From Candidatus Collierbacteria bacterium GW2011_GWB2_45_17 (GTDB lineage Bacteria > Patescibacteriota > Microgenomatia > UBA1400 > MFAQ01), in the NCBI GenBank assembly GCA_001001485.1, contig LCKO01000002.1:47567-111566 (forward strand): a stretch of DNA of 64,000 bases, read 5' to 3'. The notes under the pieces are model-generated. The model searched no databases. It saw nothing but the letters and a program-made list of their open reading frames with translations, and had not been told where the DNA came from. The position numbers and the translations under genes are program-made. This document shows, one piece after another, positions 40,542 through 48,597 of the stretch; the first letter of the stretch is position 1, and every line of letters begins with the position of its first letter.

Positions 40542-41186
40542 TTATGGGAAAACGACTTCTTTCTTCGCTATTTCCAAAGTTTCAGCGGCTCTTTCCACCC
40601 CTGCCCGATATTTTTCAGGGATCCCGTTCCGGTAAAACAAACTTACCGCGTTTGGCCGGAACCAAATCAAATGATAGGTATCCAACCATTCTCCACCCCG
40701 ATAGTCGTCTACCGGTTCTTCACCCCAGACGGTATAACCTACCCTCTCCAGAGCCTTACGAGAAGCTTCGTTTACCACCCGCACCGTGCTCCGGATCGTA
40801 AAACGGTTAAGAAAATTGGCTGCGAACATAGTTCTACCTAAATGAGCTGCGGATGCCACTCCTTTTCCCCACCATGCCGGATCCCAAATAATGATTCCCG
40901 AATAGCAGGAATTTTCTCTGTTACTTAGTTCATGAATCCCCGATACCCCAATAGGCACGTCAGACCCCTTGGGTTGTATCGCCCACAGGCAGCAGCTAGG
41001 ATCAACTCTTCTCTTTTCATACCACTCGGTTTCGTTTTCCAGGGTCTGAGCAAACATCCCCTTGGTATGCATGTGAACCTTCATTGACGAAAAATTCTTC
41101 ACCAATATCGGAAGGTCATCCTTAGAAAACGCTCTCAAGACCACTTCTTGTTCCTTGTGTGAAACTACCATAGTTACTCCAAACAT
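40542..41186 (-). CDS. RimJ/RimL-type GNAT N-acetyltransferase
   Basis: VVLRAF, WWGKGVAS, NEASRKALERVGY; SD AAGGAGG. Confidence 0.85.
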   Translation of the reverse strand: MFGVTMVVSHKEQEVVLRAFSKDDLPILVKNFSSMKVHMHTKGMFAQTLENETEWYEKRRVDPSCCLWAIQPKGSDVPIGVSGIHELSNRENSCYSGIIIWDPAWWGKGVASAAHLGRTMFAANFLNRFTIRSTVRVVNEASRKALERVGYTVWGEEPVDDYRGGEWLDTYHLIWFRPNAVSLFYRNGIPEKYRAGVERAAETLEIAKKEVVFP

Positions 41187-41277
41187 TTATGCCTCCTTTT
41201 TTAGTGTGCCAGCCACGTAAGCTACTCATGAGATAGCTTTGTTTGGCCGGTTAAAACTCCAAAAAGAGGAAAAAACG

Positions 41278-41301
41278 AAAAAAGCCTCCATTTGGAGGCT
41301 T
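41278..41301 (-). terminator. Attenuator terminator in the 5' leader of the GNAT gene
   Basis: AAGCCTCC-AAAT-GGAGGCTTTTTT about 90 nt upstream of the GNAT start. Confidence 0.8.
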
Positions 41302-41323
41302 AAACAGTAAACTAAGTTTGCTC

Positions 41324-41410
41324 TTATGCCTCCATATAGGTATCACAAAGGACACCCATAGAATGGGTTTCTTTATAGGCATTAGGATGCATGCTTCTTA
41401 TCATGCGCAT
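41324..41410 (-). CDS. Putative leader peptide MRMIRSMHPNAYKETHSMGVLCDTYMEA (alternative start 41404)
   Basis: Open 28-codon frame directly after TGnTATAAT, ending 22 nt before the terminator. Confidence 0.65.
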   Translation of the reverse strand: MRMIRSMHPNAYKETHSMGVLCDTYMEA

Positions 41411-41470
41411 ATTATAACACATTATAAGACAGATTCGTTCTCCGCTTTAACTTTGGGATATATTTAAAGT

Positions 41471-41875
41471 ATGAACCAATCCTCTACCTACCTCTGGTAC
41501 CAAACCCTGATAAAACCCTCTTGGGCGCCTCCATCCTGGCTCTTTGGACCCGTCTGGACAGTTCTCTACGTTCTCATCGCCTTTTCATTCGGAACCGTTT
41601 TTTACCGCATCTACCGGAAAAAGCTCAAGCCACGACTCGCTCTGCCCTTTGTTCTTAATCTGATTTTTAATTTTATTTTTACTCCCATTCAGTTCCGTTT
41701 ACAAAATAACCTTCTGGCGGCTCTGGATATTCTTCTCGTTCTTACCACCTTGATCTGGGCTATCAGAATAATTTATAAGAAAATCCGTTGGGTAGCCCTT
41801 ATTAATCTTCCATATCTGGCTTGGGTTTCCTTTGCCACCATCCTTCAGTTCACCGTCACTTATCTAAATCGATAA
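41471..41875 (+). CDS. tspO: TspO/MBR family protein
   Basis: WYxxLxKPSWAPPSWLFGPVWTVLY, PYLAWVSFA. Confidence 0.93.
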   Translation: MNQSSTYLWYQTLIKPSWAPPSWLFGPVWTVLYVLIAFSFGTVFYRIYRKKLKPRLALPFVLNLIFNFIFTPIQFRLQNNLLAALDILLVLTTLIWAIRIIYKKIRWVALINLPYLAWVSFATILQFTVTYLNR

Positions 41876-41889
41876 ACTAAAATAACTGC

Positions 41890-42552
41890 ATGGAAGTCCG
41901 CTTGGAACAATCATGGAAGAGCCTCCTCAAAGATGAGCTCGAAAAGCTTTATTTTAAGGAGTTAACTGACTTTGTCAGAAAAGAATACCAAACCACCACC
42001 GTCTACCCCCCTCCCAAGTTTATTTTTAACGCCCTTGATAGCCTCTCCGTGGATAAAGTCAAAGTCGTCATTCTCGGCCAGGATCCTTATCACGGTCCCG
42101 GCCAGGCCCACGGTCTCTCCTTTTCGGTACCGGAAGGAATCGCCATACCTCCATCTCTGCAAAATATCTATAAAGAAATTGAAACTGATTTGGGGAACCC
42201 TCGCCACGCTTCCGGCAATCTGGAGCGTTGGGTCAAACAGGGAGTCCTGCTTCTAAATGCCACTCTCACCGTCCGGGCAAATCAAGCCGGTTCACACCAA
42301 AATAAAGGCTGGGAAACTTTTACCTCTGCCATCATCCACCATCTAGCCGAAAAAAAAGACCACCTCGTCTTCATCCTCTGGGGAAACTATGCCCAAAGAA
42401 AAGGCTCTTTTATCGATGAAAAGAATCATCTGGTTCTCCGCTCGCCCCACCCCTCTCCGCTTTCGGCTTACAGCGGCTTCTTTGGCAGCCGCCCCTTTAG
42501 CCAAACCAACAAATACTTGGTCAAAAACGGCCAAATACCTATTGACTGGTAA
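41890..42552 (+). CDS. ung: Uracil-DNA glycosylase, family 1
   Basis: GQDPYH, PPSLQNI, GVLLLN, HPSPLS. Confidence 0.98.
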   Translation: MEVRLEQSWKSLLKDELEKLYFKELTDFVRKEYQTTTVYPPPKFIFNALDSLSVDKVKVVILGQDPYHGPGQAHGLSFSVPEGIAIPPSLQNIYKEIETDLGNPRHASGNLERWVKQGVLLLNATLTVRANQAGSHQNKGWETFTSAIIHHLAEKKDHLVFILWGNYAQRKGSFIDEKNHLVLRSPHPSPLSAYSGFFGSRPFSQTNKYLVKNGQIPIDW

Positions 42553-42554
42553 CC

Positions 42555-43133
42555 TTATCTTGCGTTCAAACCCGGTTGTAACTTTGGTGTCGGGGTTTTT
42601 ATCGTTCTGGTCACGATTGGTTTGGTCGTAGGTGTTGGGCAGACAAGAATCTTTTCACAAGGAGCCTGGATACACTGTACTTCTTGATAATAACAGCCCT
42701 TTCCTAACTTTGGTGTGGGTGTCGAAATAGGTAATATTTTATATAATTTCTTCAAGCGATCGTAAAGTGTCGTAATTTGAGCGCACCTTACTTTAATAAC
42801 TTTCTCAATCGATGCCAGTTCTCTGGTGCCGGTCTTATCTTCACTCCATTTCCCATCCTTGAAATTGTCGCCCGCCACAATGTCATCATCAGTCGTTTTT
42901 TCTATTTGTATTTGAGGTCCGGAAAATCGATCACAAGCAGATTTCATTGTACTAAGTATGCTGGCGATAGCCTCATACCGATTTCCTGGAGCAATATCCG
43001 TCGTTACTGCCTTTACCTGACCCTTACTAAACAGAGCGTCAAATGGCCAGAAAGACGAAGCCGAAGAAGCAAACACCACCGAGCCGGCTATCATCGCCGA
43101 CAAAAAGCCGATTATTATAGTTTTTTTATTCAT
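42555..43133 (-). CDS. Secreted hypothetical protein with C-terminal Cys motif
   Basis: Signal peptide; CYYQEVQCIQAPCEKILVC flanked by Pro/Thr repeats. Confidence 0.75.
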   Translation of the reverse strand: MNKKTIIIGFLSAMIAGSVVFASSASSFWPFDALFSKGQVKAVTTDIAPGNRYEAIASILSTMKSACDRFSGPQIQIEKTTDDDIVAGDNFKDGKWSEDKTGTRELASIEKVIKVRCAQITTLYDRLKKLYKILPISTPTPKLGKGCYYQEVQCIQAPCEKILVCPTPTTKPIVTRTIKTPTPKLQPGLNAR

Positions 43134-43197
43134 ACGACAGCTAGACTTATTAATACTTCATTATATACACAAATAAAAACCAGATACAATACAACCC

Positions 43198-43488
43198 ATG
43201 GAAATTCAAAAAAGGTTCAATCGTGAACGTTTTTCCTTTTCCGGTCAGGGAGAGGTCTATTCCTTTACCATCATTTACGACGCTCCCAGAGGCTTTACCC
43301 AATTTGCTCCTTACCCAATCGCCTTGGTTAAGCTCAAAGAAGGCAACCTGATCACCGCTCAGCTAACCGACGTTGACCTAGACGATATCTATATCGGTAT
43401 GCCGGTCGAAATGGTCACCAGAAAACAATCGGAAGATGGCGAGCGTGGCTTGATCACTTACGGCTACAAATTCCGTCCAAGAATGTAG
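43198..43488 (+). CDS. DUF35-type OB-fold protein lacking the Zn ribbon
   Basis: SGQGEVYSFT, PYPIALVKL, AQLTD, IGMPVEMVTRK, YGYKFRP. Confidence 0.85.
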   Translation: MEIQKRFNRERFSFSGQGEVYSFTIIYDAPRGFTQFAPYPIALVKLKEGNLITAQLTDVDLDDIYIGMPVEMVTRKQSEDGERGLITYGYKFRPRM

Positions 43489-43492
43489 AAAT

Positions 43493-44314
43493 CTAGAGCC
43501 AGCGGAAAAAACTACCCGGGAAAGCCACTTCGTCACCCCCGAAACGTCGTTTGAACTCCGTAAAACCAAGCCATCTTTTTTGGGGCCAGCGTTCGTCATA
43601 AATTCCCTCCAGGTCAAAAAACTTGAGTCCTTCTTTTTTTGCCCTCAGAATCTCTTCCCAAACCAATTTGTAATGGGCTCCGGAAGCTCGTCCTTCACCA
43701 CTCGTCCACGTCTGATAGTAATTCGCTGTGTCACTTGAGTACATCACCAGCAATCCGGAGTGATAAACCTCACCGGATCTGCTAACGATCAGCTTGGCTT
43801 TTCCTCGGAAATGTTTTTTAATACTTTTTAATTCTTTAATACTCATAGTCCAAACCTTACTACTTTTCTTCCATAGTTGGTGAAACTTCTCCACCTCGAC
43901 CTCCTCGATCATTACTTTTTTGTTTTTTACTATCTGCCGTCTGGCGTTCTCCGACAAGTTTTTCCATAACCGTTCTTCCGTCTGGGTGAGGTCCGTGATG
44001 TAAGTTTTGGTGGCGAGATAGGGGAAGCGGGTAAGGTGGTACCCCGCCATTTGATAACCCAGACGATCCTGCACTCTAATTGGTTCAATCACGGAACTAA
44101 CCACCCTATACTTTCTTTTTACTTTTTTAAGTTCGTTCCAGTTTGGGTCATACGAGGATCTCTGTAACTTCATCATCTTCAAACCAAAAATTCCCAGGGG
44201 AATGATAAAGGCTCTCATGCTGTGCTGTTTGTCTTCCGACCCAATGCTCACCACTTTCCATCTCTTGTCGGTCAAGTAACCTTTCCAGCCCAAAGTCTGC
44301 CTTAGATCCTCCAT
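43493..44314 (-). CDS. FemABX-like GNAT protein
   Basis: DLRQT..W, TYITDL, FDLEGI, GFTEFKRRFGG. Confidence 0.8.
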   Translation of the reverse strand: MEDLRQTLGWKGYLTDKRWKVVSIGSEDKQHSMRAFIIPLGIFGLKMMKLQRSSYDPNWNELKKVKRKYRVVSSVIEPIRVQDRLGYQMAGYHLTRFPYLATKTYITDLTQTEERLWKNLSENARRQIVKNKKVMIEEVEVEKFHQLWKKSSKVWTMSIKELKSIKKHFRGKAKLIVSRSGEVYHSGLLVMYSSDTANYYQTWTSGEGRASGAHYKLVWEEILRAKKEGLKFFDLEGIYDERWPQKRWLGFTEFKRRFGGDEVAFPGSFFRWL

Positions 44315-45334
44315 TTATTTTCTTATTTTAGCTACCAGTTTGAGGACTACCCATCTCAGCTTTTCCGCCCAGTTGTAAATTAAATACTCAAAGTTGTTAA
44401 TTACCAGATCATATGTTCCTACAAACTCAATCAGTTCCGCCCCATAGCCTTGTTTAAATCGGTGAAAGCCGTACCATGGGTCCGTGGTGTCCGGTTCCGG
44501 CCCCAGGCTCCCCCAAAGGTCAAACAATTTACATCCTTGTTTTTTTCCAAACTTGATTGCCTCCCACATCATTAGATTATTAGCCATCACTTCTCGATGA
44601 GTATTACTCGATGCTCCGTATGGATAATACAAAACCCCATTCAACTCAAACAATACCCAAGTAGTCAGAGTCTCTCCCCGATAAACGGCCTTAAACAGGT
44701 GCCCGCTTCCCGATTCAACCATTGTTTTCCACATCTGTTGGTGGTAATTCTTTGAGTGGGCAAAAAACCCTTGCCGTTTGGTAGTCTCCTCCATCAGTTT
44801 CCAGTACTCTTCAAAACCTTGTTCCGAGTTATCTTCTACAATCTTCACTCCTTTTTTCTCCGCCAAGCGAAAGTTATATTTGGTCTTCGGGTGCATTTTC
44901 TTCAACAGCTCCTCCTCGCTCACCGAGATATCCAGCTGGAACGAGTACTTAGTAAACAACGGTTTCCCCTTTACCAATTTAAAGTCCAGGCTGAGATTTT
45001 TTATTCTTTCCAGCTCGGCAACTCCGGCTTTTTCATTTGGTTCAAACTTCACCACCAAGGCTCTCATTTTTTTGGCTATCTCCGCTATTGCCTCCAGCGC
45101 TTCCCGATCCGGAATCGCCGATTTGGGGCAATACCCAATATATCTATTTATCTTGGGAATTTTGTGCCAGGTAATCTGATAGACCTCCTTCTTCGCCTCG
45201 CCGAAGTCTTGACGAAGGCGGGTTACCCTTACCCCAGTTTGCTTCCGAAACTCTCCCCACTGCCACGATTGCAACGGATGCCTCGCCGCTTCGTTAAAAT
45301 TTTTCTTATCAGAATCTGTTACCTCTCTTATCAC
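44315..45334 (-). CDS. FemABX-family peptidoglycan bridge transferase
   Basis: HPLQSWQWGEFR, KTKYNFRLA, YYPYGAS, FDLWG, GFHRFKQGYG. Confidence 0.92.
   Translation of the reverse strand: MIREVTDSDKKNFNEAARHPLQSWQWGEFRKQTGVRVTRLRQDFGEAKKEVYQITWHKIPKINRYIGYCPKSAIPDREALEAIAEIAKKMRALVVKFEPNEKAGVAELERIKNLSLDFKLVKGKPLFTKYSFQLDISVSEEELLKKMHPKTKYNFRLAEKKGVKIVEDNSEQGFEEYWKLMEETTKRQGFFAHSKNYHQQMWKTMVESGSGHLFKAVYRGETLTTWVLFELNGVLYYPYGASSNTHREVMANNLMMWEAIKFGKKQGCKLFDLWGSLGPEPDTTDPWYGFHRFKQGYGAELIEFVGTYDLVINNFEYLIYNWAEKLRWVVLKLVAKIRK
45192..45222. repeat. Imperfect palindrome in frame in the FemABX gene (RLRQDFGEA)
   Basis: CGCC-GAAGTCTTGACGAA-GGCG; resembles a REP-type repeat seen in CPR proteins; single copy here. 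Confidence 0.45.
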
Positions 45335-45362
45335 AATCTATTCTAAACTACAGTTCCCGATA

Positions 45363-45722
45363 TTATATCCCCTCCACTGGTTCTGGAAGAGCTTCATCCA
45401 GTATAATTTGATCTTCTGTCGGTTCAAATAGAGTCTCGTCAACCACACTTTGATCCTCCACCGGTACTTCTTGATCAACCTCTTCGGTCGTAAAGATTTC
45501 TTCGGTTATTGGTTCAAATGCCTTGGGAGAACTTTCTGGGGCTGTCGGTGCTACCGGAGTTTTACTGGCAACTTTTGCCGAAATAATTAAAGTGGCGAAC
45601 ACTGCTGTAACTACTAGAAGTAAAGTCACCAGTCCCCAAACAATCATTCCGCCTTTTTTCTTCGGAAGAATAACCTCACCGTTTAAATTGTTTGAGTTCA
45701 GGGGAATATTTATGTCATCCAT
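45363..45722 (-). CDS. Single-TM protein with acidic tail and APTAPES motif
   Basis: KKK-TM-...VAPTAPESSPKA then an E/D-rich region. Confidence 0.75.
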   Translation of the reverse strand: MDDINIPLNSNNLNGEVILPKKKGGMIVWGLVTLLLVVTAVFATLIISAKVASKTPVAPTAPESSPKAFEPITEEIFTTEEVDQEVPVEDQSVVDETLFEPTEDQIILDEALPEPVEGI

Positions 45723-45766
45723 AGCAATTCGTTATTTAATGTTAATTCCAATATAACATAATCAGG

Positions 45767-47740
45767 TCACCAGCTGTCAATATCTTCAAAATCGTCTTTA
45801 ACCGCCTCCTCAATCTCCCAATCCTGCACAATAATCCTCTTTTTTTCCCCAAATTCATCAAAACCGTCATTGCGAGACGTAGGGGTTTGATTTATCAAAC
45901 CCGTTCGGCGTGGCAATCCAGTGTCTTGAGTTCTTGGGTTCTTGATTTCTTGAGTTCTTTGGATGTTCTCATCCGATATCTCGGATAAAAACCTTGACGG
46001 TATCGATTGATGCCTCCCCCCAAAACTAAGTCTTGATCTGGCCCACGAAAGGGTCAGATTCTCTTTTGCCCTGGTCATGGCCACGTACATGAGTCTCCTT
46101 TCTTCCTCGATCTCTTCTTTACCGCCCTCAAACATCGAGCGGGAGTGGGGGAAAAGCCCCTCTTCCAAGCCCACTACAAAAATCTCGGGAAACTCCAGCC
46201 CCTTAGCCGCGTGCACTGTCATCAAAGTCAGCTTTGCGTTTGATCGGTGTTGTTTAATCTCCGACTCCGAAAGAGCCGCGCTTTCCAAAAATAGCGCTAC
46301 ACTTTCGTACTCTCCGGCCACTGCCAACAGCTCGTTTATATTTTCGATTCTTGCCACATCTTCCTCATCCCTCTCATCAAATCTTTCCATGTAATTAATC
46401 AAATTAATTATTTCCTCCAATAGAGGTCCCGGTCGCCCTTCACTCCTTCTCTTATCAGAAAGTCTCCCGAACCATTCATCAAAAATGGCGGCTTTTCTTT
46501 TTCCGATTTTTTCAATTCTCTGCCGGCTGATTTCCTCACCCGGGTTGTGAATTAGTCGTAAATAGGCGATCAAGTCTTTTACCTCCGCTCGATTATAAAA
46601 CCGCAGTCCGCCAATCAACTTGTAGGGAATATCCCGTCTTAACAGTTCATCTTCAAACGCACGGGACTGGGCATTTGTTCGATAAAGAACTGCTACTTCC
46701 TCCCCCCGGTCACCGATTTTTTTAGATTGATCCACCACATATCTTGCTTCGTCTCTTTCATCCAGGGCTTCAAATAAATTAACTTTTTGACCCATCTCTC
46801 TGGTTGCCGAAAGTTTTAAAGTCGGATGATTAGTATTATTGCTCACCACCCCATAAGCCGCGTCCAAGATATACTGGGTGCTCCGATAATTCTTAGGCAG
46901 TCCGACCGTGGTTAGTTCGGGGTAAGTTTCTTCCAGCAGTCTCAAATTTCTATAATCTGCCCCTCTAAAAGAGTAGATGGCTTGGGCGGCGTCTCCCACC
47001 GCCGTAATATTTCGTTTTTCTCCGGCCAGCAACTTTGTCAGTTCAAACTGAGCTTTGTTGGTGTCTTGATACTCATCCACCAGTATCCACTCAAGTCGGT
47101 CGTTTACCTCTTTTCTAATCCTGTCGATTTCTAACACTTTCACCGCCTTAACCAGCAAATCATCAAAGTCCACCGCGTTGTTCCGAACCAGTCTACTCTG
47201 GTACTCACTCCAAACTTTATTAATCTGCCGGTGAAAATAATCTCTCGACACGTTTTCGGCCTCTTTTAAAGTTACCAAATCGTTTTTCATCTTACTGATC
47301 ATGGCCAAAAACATCCCCGGTTTGTTTTGCTTCGGGTCAATAGAGAGATCTTTAAGCACCTTTTTCATCACGGACTCGGAGTCTTGACTATCAAAAATTA
47401 CAAAATGGGGGCTCACTCCGACCTCCACTCCGTAGTTTCTCAGCAGTTTGGCGCAAAAAGTATGAAAAGTACCGGAAAATCCCAGATCAATCTTTTTGCC
47501 CGCCGAATTGGATGGTTTTGTGCCGATCTTTTTGATTCTTTCTTTCATCTCACCGGCCGCTTTATTGGTGAAAGTTAACAAGGCTATTTTCGTTGGGTCG
47601 ACATTTTTTTCTTTGATCAACCATGCCACTCGGTGGATCAGCACTCTTGTTTTTCCCGAACCTGCTCCGGCCAGAACCAAAAGAGGACCTTCTCCATGAG
47701 TTACCGCCACCAGCTGTTCTTTATTGAGAATATCTACCAC
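45767..47740 (-). CDS. pcrA: ATP-dependent DNA helicase PcrA/UvrD
   Basis: AGAGSGKT, TFTNKAA, VDEYQDTN, NYRST, LYRTNAQSR, HAAKGLEF, EEERRLMYVAMTRA. Confidence 0.95.
   Translation of the reverse strand: MVDILNKEQLVAVTHGEGPLLVLAGAGSGKTRVLIHRVAWLIKEKNVDPTKIALLTFTNKAAGEMKERIKKIGTKPSNSAGKKIDLGFSGTFHTFCAKLLRNYGVEVGVSPHFVIFDSQDSESVMKKVLKDLSIDPKQNKPGMFLAMISKMKNDLVTLKEAENVSRDYFHRQINKVWSEYQSRLVRNNAVDFDDLLVKAVKVLEIDRIRKEVNDRLEWILVDEYQDTNKAQFELTKLLAGEKRNITAVGDAAQAIYSFRGADYRNLRLLEETYPELTTVGLPKNYRSTQYILDAAYGVVSNNTNHPTLKLSATREMGQKVNLFEALDERDEARYVVDQSKKIGDRGEEVAVLYRTNAQSRAFEDELLRRDIPYKLIGGLRFYNRAEVKDLIAYLRLIHNPGEEISRQRIEKIGKRKAAIFDEWFGRLSDKRRSEGRPGPLLEEIINLINYMERFDERDEEDVARIENINELLAVAGEYESVALFLESAALSESEIKQHRSNAKLTLMTVHAAKGLEFPEIFVVGLEEGLFPHSRSMFEGGKEEIEEERRLMYVAMTRAKENLTLSWARSRLSFGGRHQSIPSRFLSEISDENIQRTQEIKNPRTQDTGLPRRTGLINQTPTSRNDGFDEFGEKKRIIVQDWEIEEAVKDDFEDIDSW
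45865..45958 (+). repeat. Nested CGTC/GTAG palindrome plus degenerate 8-mer tandem in the pcrA C-terminal tail
   Basis: CGTCATTGCGAGA[CGTAGGGGTTTGATTTATCAAACCC]GTTCGGCGTGGCAATCC then TCTTGAGT-like units. Confidence 0.85.
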
Positions 47741-47760
47741 TCAAACATTGTAAGTCATTT

Positions 47761-47889
47761 GCGATGGTCTAAGTGGTGCAGAAGTATAGCCAAACAACCG
47801 CACGGACCATGTACATGCGAGCCGAAGGGTACTGCTGCGAGACAGTAACGCGGGAGTACGGTTTTTGGCGGACTTCGAACCACAGCCGC
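47761..47889. ncRNA. Candidate structured RNA (~130 nt) between divergent pcrA and tpiA
   Basis: Nested stems GTGGT/ACCAC, GAAGT/ACTTC, GCCAAA/TTTGGC, AACCG/CGGTT, TACTG/CAGTA; family not recognised. Confidence 0.55.
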
Positions 47890-47904
47890 TGTATAATTAA
47901 AAAA

Positions 47905-48597
47905 GTGAAATACGTTATTGGCAACTGGAAAAGCAATCAAAATATCAGCCAATCTCTTATTTGGCTGGATGGTTTGTCCGCTCTCCACCCCAAGTTCTCT
48001 CCCGAAGTTACCGTTATTCTCTGCCTGCCTTTTACGGACATCGCCTCCTTCAATCACAAAATTTCCGACCTGAACTTACCCATTATCTCCGGCTCTCAGA
48101 ACGTCTCTCATCTGGCCCCCGGTAAACATACCGGCGAAATCACCGCCAACATGCTTTCCGAACTGGTGAACTACTGTATCGTCGGTCACTCAGAACGCCG
48201 TCAGGAATTTTCTGAAACCTCTGAAATAGTCGCCCAAAAAGCCCGCCTCTTACTCGAAAGCTCCATCACCCCCATTATTTGTTTGGACACTCCCTATCTC
48301 GATGAACAGATAAAAGCTCTTTTTACTTGCGATGTGGACGTCTCTCGTTGTTTCTTTGTTTATGAACCTATCTCAGCCATCGGTATCGGGAAACCTATCG
48401 ATTCTGTCTCAGCCAATCACATCGCTAACCAAATCGCCTTTTTAACAGACAACGCCGCCCCGATTCTTTACGGTGGCTCGGTTAGCTCGGACAACGCCGC
48501 CTCTTTCGTTCGGGAAAACTGTATCGATGGCGTCCTGGTGGGTACCGACAGTCTCGAACCCACTTTATTTGCCGGTATTATTACTAGTCTTTCTTGA
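47905..48597 (+). CDS. tpiA: Triosephosphate isomerase
   Basis: IGNWK, HTGEI, VGHSERR, YEPISAIG, LYGGSV, DGVLVG; GTG 47905 lies 7 nt after TATAAT. Confidence 0.95.
   Translation: MKYVIGNWKSNQNISQSLIWLDGLSALHPKFSPEVTVILCLPFTDIASFNHKISDLNLPIISGSQNVSHLAPGKHTGEITANMLSELVNYCIVGHSERRQEFSETSEIVAQKARLLLESSITPIICLDTPYLDEQIKALFTCDVDVSRCFFVYEPISAIGIGKPIDSVSANHIANQIAFLTDNAAPILYGGSVSSDNAASFVRENCIDGVLVGTDSLEPTLFAGIITSLS

Noticed and set aside
47819-47865. Resemblance to group II intron domain V (GAGCCG...TACGGTT)
   Set aside because: Length and internal pairing do not fit DV, no other intron domains or RT are present, and a stronger alternative stem uses the same bases
47773-47904. 44-aa N-terminal extension of TpiA in the ORF track
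   Set aside because: Homology starts at VKYVIGNWK; GTG 47905 has TATAAT 7 nt upstream; the extension overlaps the structured region
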